DNA of 64,000 nucleotides from Tubulanus polymorphus (Eukaryota; Animalia; Nemertea): the NCBI RefSeq assembly GCF_964204645.1, contig NC_134025.1, positions 21,551,101 through 21,615,100 of the forward strand. Direction: 5' to 3'. A model generated the notes under the pieces. The model was not told where the DNA came from. It searched no databases and worked only from the letters and a program-made list of their open reading frames with translations. The translations under genes and the position numbers were made by a program. Within the stretch, counting starts at the first letter, position 1; the number at the start of each line of letters is the position of its first letter. Below are positions 40,201 to 50,558 of this stretch, piece after piece.

Positions 40201-43200
40201 TATTCCTCGTCATATTGTACAAATTGTTGTAATTTATTTCTGAAATGAATATAATGATAACGTAATAAAATGAATATTCTAACACGGTTTAAAATCTATA
40301 GTCATTACACAACTAACGATTGAATATTGAAATAGCTCATTGTAATATTTCATCACCATCAATGTACAATGTTGTTATAGCAAATCTCGAATGTAGCAAG
40401 ATCTGAATATGCAAGTTTGGATTCTGTATTGCCGATTACATAAAATGAATTCAGTGCAAATCTTGAGTAGCATCGCCTGATCTGAAAGTATCTCAGCTTG
40501 TACACCGGTAATAAGCAGATTTATAGGTCTTAGATCGTTAAAACTCGAGTGCTCGAGCGCAAATCCCCGAAAAAAATATGACGTTGCATGAAATAACTAT
40601 GTTTCCAATGCGTAGCAATAACGGATTCAATGTATTCATGGTATATGGGCTCGTATTTTTCCCGGATCCGTTCTCGGCGTTATCCAACGCTTTTACGATC
40701 CTAGTTTAACGCACTGGAAGGGATGTTTATTTCGTGGTTACAGTTCTCGCTGTATTAACGACGTTTTGTTTATGATCGTGACGTTTATTTCGTACCCTCT
40801 TCGCGTGTGTAAGATGACTTCGATGCCGTCAGGTTCGAATCCCTACCGAGGGAGAATGCGGTTGGTTTTCTGGGCATCTTTCAAAGAGAAGCGAAAGCCA
40901 TTTTTGATGGTTTTCGAGAAAGTTGCGCTCTTCTATCAACACTCATTAGACGCTACCATGGCTTTCAAATAATTCCCAAAAGTGAACAAGGGATTAATGT
41001 ATTATATCGATTTAACCCTTCGCGAAATATAATAGTTCACTGTACATCCACGCAAGATCGCGTATTAATCTGTTTGGCAACCTAGTTGAAAGATGGCATT
41101 TCTTGCTGCTTTTCCATATATTGTCCCATCACCCACTAAATATACAATACTTTCATTCTTCTACTCGGATATCGGAATAGTTATCTTGAATAATTGATTC
41201 ATTTCAGAGAAAAGTTCATTTAGATTTAATTTAAATGTAGAAGAAATCGAACGCAGATGACCAACTGTCTATACTAGCGAACCTGGTCGATGTTTGCCTG
41301 CTAAACAAGGAATCCTGGATTGCCACGGTAGCACTGCGGGTAACCCATTGAAAATCAGGTCAAAGGTTCTGAAGGCATTTTTGCCATTCGATTATAAATC
41401 ACTACCATCATTATACGATGGGCTGGTAGGCTCAAAAAATGTGCCCGTGAATCAAAAGATGAAATACTACTATCAACACGAGAATGGCAGTTTTTCTACG
41501 GTAACTGAAAAACCCGACATGGAAATTGACTTCCACGTGTCGAGCTTCTATTTCATCTCACGTATCATTTGCAGATGCCGTGCAAATTATATCCAGTTAC
41601 ATTTTTCTTATCCCCCGAATTTCTTCCGTGGCAAAGTCTCAGACTCAGTTTGTCGGTATAAATAAACGATAAACTAAGCCGTTTGTCTATTTTATGCGTC
41701 CACCCCCGTCGTATTTGTACAGAGTTGATTGCGATGGAATTCCAAGTCACGTTCTATCACTTGTGATAGATTGCTGTTTTAATGGTGCCGGGTCTCTTTC
41801 GTTATTCTATTATACCATCTCATGCCAAATGGTCGATTCGTTTTTGCTCCGTTTGCTTCGCGATTTACACAACTACCGCCAATGCATATGATATACCCTA
41901 TTCATTATTTCTATCAGTTTCCCAGATAAAATTTGATGCATTTACATGGATTCTTACAGTAGCCCGAGATCCAATATGTGTGGGTTTGATGTAGACAAGG
42001 GGTTTATGATCTTTGCAACGTCGATCAGCAATCGAAAGATTAATATAATGATATGATATTTATTTCGCCATGTACATATGCAGTATAAATGATATATAGA
42101 TTATAAACAATTTACATACATACGATTTATGTGAGGGATTGATGTTCAATTTTAGGAACTCGATGGTAACTAATCTGCAACGCGACTTTGGTCAGGGTGG
42201 ACACTTATCGCCCATATACAAAACCCTTGGGACCAGTTTTATAGACTGGTGATACCTATTACCTATTGGGGCTAATTCAATTGAAAATGAATTCAGTTAA
42301 AAAAAGGTTACAAACAACTCATTAATTTTTCGTTGAATCGCGTATTGATAATGCAAATCGTGGTCAATAGCATGATCCGAATTCCCAGGGTTTTCTAGGT
42401 TTTCGGTAGAATTTGTCAAATTTCATGAGTTTTTTGCCTGATTTTCCCTAGATTTTCTGATTCCCTGAGTTAACAAAGTTTTTCAGGTCAGTGGCCAACC
42501 TGTTGGCCTGGATTATTAAAGTGGAGATATCAGGAGCAAGTAGTGTTCGTTCAAGATGAATTATCGCGAATGTTACTGAAGGGTATAGTTTCATCAATGT
42601 TCCCGTTCAACGCAAACTAGCCGTTCTTAGAGTCATCGTGGATCATAATCTGACCTTTGAGCATAGAATGCTTGAAAATAACTTAATCTTAGTCAGAATT
42701 TATTATCCAAACGTGTGTCATTTTTAGTAGTAATGTCGCGAGTATACGTATCGAATAGGAGGAATATTGTGGCCGACGCGTAATGATACTGGCCTGTGTG
42801 GTATAATTGATCGGCGTCCGGGGACAAGAACCGGGGTTTATTTCTGTAAGAAACGCTGAACGACTATAACGACGAAATCCTGCATATTGATGAAGTGAGA
42901 AATCGTTCGGTCAGTTGAACACGCATTACGACTCGATTAGAAAACGCTCAGCGTCGTATAGGCTATTGAGTAATCATCTGTGACGATTCTCATTAGCAGC
43001 CCGGGCTTGTTTTCAACACGTTTCTATATTATCGAGCTTACAACGCCAGCAGAGTTCTGAGAGTTGAGAGAACACTTACAACGCGACGATAAACTATTTT
43101 AAAGTTGCTACAGCCGCCATTTTGTTAGCGTACTTTCGTCCTGAATAATGATGGCTCATTTTCTTGCTTTTTTAAAAACCATTCGTGATGCGTATTTTAT

Positions 43201-46200
43201 CATATTCCACTAGTCCGTAGATGAATTTTGACAGCTTTGGCAACATTCAAACCGTATGAAACTCTGGTTTTCGGTTATGTAAAATTTCAACACAAATCTC
43301 TTGTCAGTTACACTGTTATGAGATTAGCAATTGAAATGGTTCATTTCAAATAGTTTATCACACAATGAACCAATCAAAAATGGAACTGGCTCCATACGTA
43401 CGATAATGACTTGTCGTCAAACAAGTAGCACTGAAATGTATGGGCATCTGGGAAACGAGAATTGTTTTCAAAAACGTTTTTTTTGTTGGTAAAATATTCT
43501 ATCACTTGATATAAACGATTGAAATAGAATTGATATGAAAATTAGGGTTTAGATCTAAACTTATCAACTGACGAATGATCACTTATTCAAACATACCGGG
43601 TGGTGTGCATTTGTCTTTCACCGTAGAATTAGCATCTGTTATATTCACAGACAAACTGGTCAGATTATTTCTTTCGTCCAAAGTCGTTTCATCTCCGTTG
43701 TAAGTTGTTACTTTCGACACGACCAATAGGTGGCGTTTACCGGTATGGATTTCGATCCCATCTCCGGAAGGCTGCAGACCTGGAAAGAATAATGAAACTT
43801 GTTATTCGTATACAGCTCATGCTCGTGACCTACCGGTACTTCATCTGATATCAGACATGCTCGCTCGATTGAGGCAACCTCTCCGCTTAAGAAATATTGG
43901 GCAGTGTAATAGACCAAAGAAGGTTTTGCGCGGCCATGGTCTGTATTGGCTTGAGCTTCGGCGGATGGTAATCAAACCCTGGCAAGCGAGGATGACATCA
44001 GACGGTGGGCATGAACGCAAAAACACCATCTGAAGCAAATTTGTACAGCTGATTTCAAATTACGTAGTTTCAATGGAATAGTCAAATGTTGTTTTAAAAA
44101 AGGTAACATCTCAATACTAATAGAGATGAAGAAGCTACTAGTATGCTATATGAATCACGTATTGTTTCGAAACATAATTTGCATTTCAAGTTCTACATAG
44201 AAAAATTGTATATTCAAAGACTGGTATTTTTCATTCAGTACGCGTTAGATCTTATAGAGAATTTCGGTATTTTTGTAAAATATCCCATCTGTTGTGCGCA
44301 ATTAAGTGTTGAAAATGTAAACAAAAACACGTTCGAATGTATGATACTTTTTTAAGTGAATGCCATTTTAAGTTTATATATATATGAATATTCAATTAGG
44401 CAGCTTAATTCTAAAACAGACACCAATGTTTTTTAAGTAGGATTGGTTGCATAAACACACAATCACTTTCACGAAATAAGCGGCGATTTTAAATTATTCA
44501 GAAAATCAAAGTTAATTCGGGTGAATATTTCATTTCAAGATGTGGGAGTTAAAATGAATATACATGTAAAATCGACATCCCACGTATAGCTATTAACTTA
44601 TACAATGATTCGTGAATGAGAAAATCACGCAATCTCATCATCACAGCCATCAGTCATTCTAAATTTGATTTTGCAATAATCAAATTGCCGAAAACACCCA
44701 GCCGTCAACCGGCTTATCAGAAAGATTATTATCGTTTTGGTTCACTTGGCATAACCTAACCGATTTTAGATTGATATTCCCATCCTCGTCTTGCTATATC
44801 CCCGAGGGACGTCCCACGAGCTGATCGTGTACTGAAAAATTGGAAAAATGGATCCGATACGCGCAAAAAAGGATCCAATACGCGCAAAATTGATCCGAGC
44901 TCTCCAACTGTGGACATTATACGAAATTGGCCCGGTTTTACCTCATTGCTCATATTCAGATATTCAATTTCGATGAGTTATATAACTAAAAGCAAAAACA
45001 GACAAGTAAAGTTGAAATATCTGTTGAAAAGAGATATAGTTGGAATTGATATCATCACCGATAGATCTTTCGTTAAGGAAGACTTAATATAATGATACTA
45101 TGCAGAAACATCATGAACATAGAGTATATTTAGCAATTTATAAATATTTGACGTTTTTGCGCTGTTGCGTGGAATGTGGCAGGCTTAATTGCATTCCTTT
45201 AGTGGGTCTGTAGGCGATATGGGGCTGACAAGGAAGGGGCATTGATCACACATCTCACTTCAATCAATTCAGACCAATAAAAATAGTTTCCATTGATCTC
45301 TTGTACCACGCGCGCACCGATAGGAACCGTTCGATGTATTGCCTCTTTACAGGCAAATCTGTCACGACAATAATGTACGATTTCCAATACGTCCGTATAT
45401 GGGACACGTTTTGAGGAATGATCGATGGAGCGGGCGAAAATATAAAACTACATCCAGTCAATGCGATAGATCGATCGACAAATACTAGAAAATGGCAATT
45501 CATGATAGTGTTCCGGGCTAGTGTAATGGACTGAATGTTTTGGTCAGTTACATAGGCACCTATTAGCAGGCTTAATAAGTTTGAGTTAATTATGTATATA
45601 CATGTATATGTAACAAATAAAGTCTGACTAAAATCTACAATAGATATTTACAATATAGCTTGTGCAGGTAACAGAACAATAGGCACAAGAGTACATTCAA
45701 TACTCTGTTCATGTTGATGTTGAAATGTGGGTGGTCATTACTGTTACGTATTTATTTGTTTGATAGATTTGATTTGTCTCATACTTTATACCATTGGTGC
45801 GACTCTTAGAAATCCACCACAACTGCCCGGAACGAAGCATCGGATTGCTTTTGAAATCGGAAATCTAAGGAGCCTTTTCAATGTACATTTCGTACGTTTG
45901 CATAACTGATCGCGTTATATATGTCTATACGTGATGAAATACGGTCGATTCGGACAAGAAAAACGTTTCGTTTCTCGTTGCCCCGAATTCTGATTGAAGT
46001 ACTCGTACAACATCTGGCCGAAGTCGTATGATTCTCAAACGCAAAACTGGTACTCATTTTTTTTCAATATGCGCAACAAACGACGACACTTTAATCACAT
46101 ATCTTTGCGCATCATCGACAAACTATCCTGTCTACAAATAGTTATTTCATGAGCGAGCAAGATATTCCCTCGATGCAAGATGTATTTTGTCGATAGTTAA

Positions 46201-49200
46201 TTTAAAGTATAAAATCACGACGCAAAAGTTTACTTAGAACTTCCAACCCGAAGCTTTATCACTGAAAATACATATTCACATAGTACATAGCCTTGGTTTA
46301 ATCTAATAAAAATGTATATATGGATTAAACCAAGAACAAATATTTATATCTACACCGTCGTACGTGGTAGAGCTTTGGGCTTGATGTTCTATAAGTTCAC
46401 TCTTGTATTATGATCTCATATTCATTCAATCCAATAATGATAATTTATTTTCGTAAATCATGATGCAATAATGCATGTTTATACATAAAAATGTGGTATT
46501 ATTTTCTTTCAGGTGAATTAAAATTGTTAATTGGATTCACCTAATCTAGTGTGATCGTGATAAATCATGTAGGGGGCCCTGGCTTCCATAGACTACTTAA
46601 AGCTTCCATTAGTATTGCATTATCATTATATGACTACTGACACTTAGTAATCTTCATGATACCTTCTATCAATCATCCCGACACTCGTGTTATAGAACAT
46701 TTTTAAGCGGTCAAAAGCTGTCTCCGTGTCCAAGACAGTGACCTCAGCCTGAATTCTTCGTTTAAAAAAACTAGCCCAATTAAGAGGGCTGGAGTTTCAA
46801 TATCACCGGCTAATTTAATTTACAAATGAATGATAGCTATATTCAGTATAGAAGATGGAATTTATCAAACGAAGGCATCGTCTTTTAATCGATAGCACTA
46901 TACTATTAACCGATCAAAACTGCGATTACCATCATGGAAGGCAGCATGATGCGCTTAATTCCGTGAATAAAATACGACTCGAAACAATTAACCCCCCGTG
47001 ACCGTATCTGTATATACGATGTGTTCAAGTTGGGCTAAAAGTCCGACGATGCAGGGAATCATGGAAACAAAGAAATATGGAAACAAACATGTTTCCCCAG
47101 CGTTTCCCTGTGTTGTGAGCGTTTACGAGAAACGTAGTTTCGGGAACAACGATTCCGGAATCAAACATGCATGTTTCCGTGTTTCTGTATTTCCCTGCAT
47201 CGTACATGCGTTGGGCTTAAGGCCTTTTAATCACTGGCCCTTTTTAATCATCTTTTCGGTTAAGCTTAGATGTAGTAGAAAATTTAATACCAGGCTTTCG
47301 AATTAGAAGCGTTATTAACGCCTACGCTTATCACATGTAAACGGCCTGATGGTGACGTAATTCGACATCGCATATTCATCTATTCATTGGTGATGCGTTG
47401 TTAATGAATCGCCATTATTATTATGTATTATCAGCTTGGGATCTGTAACACCGTTGCCATTGGCATCAGGTTTGCGTCTCCTTGTCTCCTAAGCTGTTCA
47501 TTATAGTTTATATTAATAGAAACAATGGTATAGGTTTCAATCAAAATGAACAAATGTATACGTAATAGATGTATAGATAGAATATGCTTATATCATCTTT
47601 TGTCGATGTAAGAAGTCCGTAAGGCAGAATCGTGCTTTCTAAATGCTGTGCAATTCTAAATTCAGATTCAGATTTTATTTGCTCTGCGTATATATAAACA
47701 TCCAATTCCGATTCAGATTCAGATTTTATTTGCTATATATTTTTCAGCAAATAAAATATATATATATACGTATAATCGTTACTTGCGAGAACTTCTTCGT
47801 GCGTTCGGTCGACTTTTTCGGTCAAAAAGGTCAAGGGCGTGATCCATCGATCAAAAGTGTCGGTACCTATTTATATATATATATTTACATGCACATCTCA
47901 GCACCGATCAGATTTATTAAAAAAAGGTACCGACACTTTTGATCGATGGATCACGCCCTTGACCTTTTTGACCGAAAAAGTCGACCGAACGCACGAAGAA
48001 GTTCTCGCAAGTAACGATTATACGTTTTGTTTTATATATACATGTAGCCGATTCTACCCCCGTCGATAATTAACACGCGAACTGCGATTACGTGAAAATG
48101 GCTTTCTCTTTCTGATCAGCTCTTATCCGTCGTCGGATGTTACGCCCATTCGCCGCGGTCACGATCGTCGAACTAATCCCACTTACGCAAAGAATCGGTT
48201 TAATACGCGCACTGATTATCGTAATACCCCGGTTCATCACGAGACGTGAGGTGATGCGCTACTCGCCATCAATACGAGGTGTGTAATATCTACGACATAA
48301 GACCGCAATTGGGTTATTAGCTTCAAGGTACGCAGGGCAAGACCCCAAAAATAGTACCTAGAATGAAAAAGAGCCCCCCCCCCTTAAATGCTGCCACGAA
48401 AGACAGGTAATGAATTACGGTTGTAAGCATGGGATCCGTGGGTCCTGAGAGACAGATTGGTGATGAAATAGGGGATTCCCAGGACTTTCTTGTCTGGAGC
48501 AAGGGCACCAATTCGGCTCGGATGTACTGATGGCTTACCTGTACTGGGAAACCCCGATCCTTTTTAAAGGTCTGATTATTTACAAAATTCGATCAAGTAT
48601 GTGGGGGTGAAAACCATTTCAACCCGCTTATATACGATCTTAACGCTAGAATTTCTTGTTTTTACTCTAGGATATAGAAGATTTTGGAATAGTGGTCTTG
48701 AGCTTCTATTCAACAATATGATACGGACATAATTTCTCCCTATACCGCATGTATAACATGAATCAGATTGAATTAGTGATTGAATGAAAAATTCGATCCG
48801 AAATCTATCCGCAAGATCATCAGATTTTCGCGTGTATCCCGAGATGTCGTCATTCGTATTGAATTTCACCACGGTAGAAATCAGTCACTCTATAAAAACA
48901 GCCCCCGGAAAGTTGGTTTATTTGACATTCGTTAACTATTAATCGCCTACTCCCATCATTATTTCCATTGGGAGACGTCGGTTTCCGCCTCGTAAAAAGG
49001 AAAGGAAATCATCCACAGAATTCATGAAGCGGTCATTGTGAACCCTCGGGGAATAAAGAGAAGGTTATCGTCATATATGAAGATGGGATATCAGTACATG
49101 GGTCAAAGGGTATTCTTATGTATGCGTATCATGTATGGAAAATATCTAAATTGCGACGATGATATAACAAGGATACAAAAGTTCTTTATAGAATATGGGT

Positions 49201-49744
49201 ACCATTAAATATTAGCAATATAGACCGGAATACTTAAGATAATCAAGGGCCTACAGTTTCATGGGTAAACGATGATTGGTTTCCACCAAGCGCTTCATTA
49301 ATACGATTAACTTGTATTTTTAGGTTTGAAAAATTTTGGTCGTTGGATAGAAATGTACAGGATTTCAAATCAATGCAACTGAACTAACCGAACAATCGAT
49401 TTTAACCAAATCCAGCTGCGGTGCAACTCGGGCACCAGCCAAGTCATGGGCACACTATTTCCAAAGGATAAATACATATTCAAAGGATACGGAATTATTG
49501 AAATCACTGATATTAGTATACATGTATTGGTTTCAATGAAAATAGAATACATCGAAATACACTTGAAATATGATGGATGACGAAAAAATGTCAAATTGCA
49601 GCTACGTTCATCCGTCTTACCTTCGTAATCTTGTTTGCCATGCCAGTGATAAAAAGCTCCACTCGAAACAAACACGAACCAAACGAACACGAACTTGGCA
49701 CGCCAAACCGAAGATCTCCGCTTCCACGGTCGGAAAAGCGGCAT
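10983..49744 (-). CDS. Sodium/potassium/calcium exchanger, SLC24/NCKX3-NCKX4-like, 21 exons, ~665 aa
   Basis: Exons (minus) 49744-49621, 43779-43597, 28600-28449, 19654-19570, 18695-18592, 18460-18386, 17718-17639, 17087-16966, 15778-15749, 15581-15546, 15244-15212, 14185-14083, 13992-13896, 13758-13658, 13067-13009, 12650-12560, 12302-12224, 12075-11961, 11867-11755, 11648-11583, 11132-10983; all GT-AG, total 1998 nt in frame. Motifs: [19 protein letters not shown], alpha-1 [30 protein letters not shown], alpha-2 [33 protein letters not shown]-terminal [14 protein letters not shown]. Exon 1 and the microexons are less certain than the core. Confidence 0.92.
16059..16162 (-). mobile_element. 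tRNA-derived SINE-like head (family A)
   Basis: Minus strand tagcgtggcaggg (A-box-like)...caggttcgaatccctgccgagg (B-box); related copies at 16591-16689 (+) and 40821-40858 (+); no complete cloverleaf. Confidence 0.55.
16221..16530. mobile_element. MITE with long TIRs and TA target duplication (Tc1/mariner-type)
   Basis: tggtggctgattcgggccatactaaaaagt ... actttttagtatggcccgaatcagccacca, flanked by TA at 16219-20 and 16531-32; internal ~30-bp tandem units gaattctcgcgcgagaaaaccaaa; related terminus at 32942. Confidence 0.8.
16591..16689 (+). mobile_element. tRNA-derived SINE-like head (family A), diverged
   Basis: tagtgtggcaggg...gttcaaatccctg; clearly similar to the reverse complement of 16059-16162. 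Confidence 0.5.
20358..20608 (-). repeat. Dispersed repeat family B (probable non-autonomous DNA transposon fragment)
   Basis: Aligns by eye with 32130-32530 (same orientation) and ends in acagggtcaatccctattttga, approximately the reverse complement of the start of 27953-28120. Confidence 0.6.
21147..21252. repeat. (TTA)n/(TTTATCA)n low-complexity tract, left flank of LINE
   Basis: Visible tandem tttatca units at 21214-21244. Confidence 0.8.
21354..22794 (+). pseudogene. LINE ORF1: RRM-like region, three CCHC zinc knuckles and SGNH/GDSL esterase; one in-frame stop and one frameshift
   Basis: Knuckles [42 protein letters not shown]; esterase blocks IIMGDSN, SVSGAT, ICHLG(x), [19 protein letters not shown] at 21747-49 separates two in-frame ORFs; frameshift near 22343. 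Confidence 0.85.
22860..25729 (+). pseudogene. LINE ORF2: APE endonuclease plus reverse transcriptase, interrupted
   Basis: [50 protein letters not shown] (APE); [44 protein letters not shown] (RT). Frameshifts near 23495 and 24960, stop at 25247-49. Confidence 0.92.
26080..26250. repeat. Degenerate (TTTATCA)n 7-mer minisatellite, right flank of LINE
   Basis: Visible tandem 7-mer, perfect near 26080 and decaying rightward. Confidence 0.85.
26726..27240 (-). mobile_element. 5'-truncated LINE 3' end (second family)
   Basis: Hairpin ctggatgcttgga...tccaagcacccag (~26806-26859), minus-strand AATAAA plus AT-rich tail; 26734-26803 is identical over 70 bp to 42056-42125. Left-right extent beyond the hairpin is approximate. 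Confidence 0.55.
27953..28120 (+). repeat. Dispersed repeat family B
   Basis: ggtgtcccttacaaacccaccacacctgccgggagcgaaac...ttttgaaatcggaaatcgaag...gaatttacagaa; approximate reverse complement of 32345-32530. Confidence 0.7.
29860..30147. mobile_element. CAGGGGCGGATCC-type MITE (diverged)
   Basis: gagggcggatgcaggg ... ccctggatccggtactg termini with internal ggaagggggtgtccg motifs; same terminus type at 17202 and 35960. Confidence 0.55.
30344..30357. promoter_or_regulatory. Perfect RFX X-box palindrome (GTTACCATGGTAAC) in NCKX intron 2
   Basis: 14-bp palindrome matching the X-box consensus GTHNYY-AT-RRNAAC; function not shown. Confidence 0.35.
31065..31308. mobile_element. Diverged MITE-like inverted repeat
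   Basis: tagtctgg...aataatactgcacata...tatgaaattttca versus tgaaagttttatg...atatgcagtattatt...ccagact. Confidence 0.5.
32130..32530 (-). repeat. Dispersed repeat family B (longest copy)
   Basis: Covers both the 20358-20608 and 27953-28120 segments; a further short plus-strand copy at ~45794-45867. Confidence 0.7.
32942..33165. repeat. MITE-like fragment with inverted (agagcaaaaacgaa) units
   Basis: Begins tatggtggctgat like the 16221 MITE; internal direct and inverted gcaaaaacgaa repeats. Confidence 0.5.
33872..33940 (-). mobile_element. Degenerate tRNA-derived SINE head (tRNA-Thr(CGT)-like)
   Basis: Minus strand tggtctcgtccatcccagggttcatgggttcgaatc resembles the anticodon arm plus B-box of tRNA-Thr(CGT); a similar relic at ~59885-59963. 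Confidence 0.35.
34801..34960. mobile_element. Short Tc1/mariner-type MITE
   Basis: tacagtagactccgcccaagtcggatc ... gatccgactttgagcgaagtctactgca; related right end at ~53400-53431 (gaggcggagtctgctgta). Confidence 0.6.
35960..36242. mobile_element. CAGGGGCGGATCC-type MITE
   Basis: TIRs caggggcggatcca / tggatccacccctg. Confidence 0.7.
36823..37109 (+). mobile_element. Probable solo LTR
   Basis: Starts TGTTACGA, TATA-like ctataaag at ~36887, AATAAA at ~36995, degenerate end tctttacga; no clean TSD found. Confidence 0.35.
38040..38157. mobile_element. Short palindromic MITE (Harbinger-like)
   Basis: gctcaaaagttagttagagttaaccagtggata ... tatccactggttatctctaaccaacttttgagc. Confidence 0.65.
42041..42125 (-). 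mobile_element. Extremely truncated retroelement 3' end
   Basis: 70-bp identity to 26734-26803 plus an AT-rich tail. Confidence 0.6.
47044..47203. mobile_element. MITE-like inverted repeat
   Basis: acgatgcagggaatcatggaaac ... gtttctgtatttccctgcatcgt. Confidence 0.5.
47768..48025. mobile_element. Young palindromic MITE with 101-bp perfect arms
   Basis: 47768-47868 is the exact reverse complement of 47925-48025; 56-bp spacer; TA-rich insertion context. Confidence 0.85.
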
Positions 49745-50558
49745 CTTCCCAAATATAGTATCCACACGCCGAGCTCGCAAAGCCTTTATCTCCGAAGGAT
49801 TCAGCATGACTACTGCGTGCGACAACGGTTGTGTGATTGTTGAACGCGATGTGCGCTAAGATGCAGTGCCGCTTACCCGATGCAATGCACAGGTATTGAC
49901 CGTCGCTGTATCACCAGTCAATATTTTCCTCTTTACGATTAGAATAGCTACTCGTGGCTTAAGGCCTTAAAACGATCTAAAACGGAATGAAGCGATTATG
50001 ATAACCGAGCTGAAAAAGCCGCTTTCGCGTGAAAAATAAACCGTAGATAATAATATGGATAATGCGGATATCTATTGTAATGGGTCTTTCTCAAAGTCGA
50101 GACACTGAGTGACGCAGAGTGAGAACTTCGTTTATGATATTCACCTCATTGAATATTCAGCTATACAACGTGCAATTAAAAATACGTTTCACATATTTAT
50201 TCTTAATGGTGGACATTTTTTGAAATGATATTCAACATGTGCGTTGTCACCTGTGCTTCTGTGACTAAGCGACGTCTGCCAAGTAATTCAGAACATAATT
50301 TCGAATACCACCAGAAGGTTGAAACACTTAAAACGCATGTCATTGAATATTTTATTCATGAAAATTTCTGGATATAGATGCAGGCTTATACACACACTTG
50401 TATAAATAATATCTCAGCCAGTTCAAACAAACTGCCATCTTTTGATTCGTGTGCCCACATCCGTACCATGACCAAGATAAACCGCGTTTACAATGAAACG
50501 TCGAAGATGTCAATGATAACCGTGATTTTGGTGAATGGCCACGCGTTAAGGTTGGAAC

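Noticed and set aside
48323-49250. Additional NCKX exon or separate gene (GTAAG donor near 48538, ORF 48576-48872)
   Set aside because: The phase-1 frame is stopped and no protein motif was recognised
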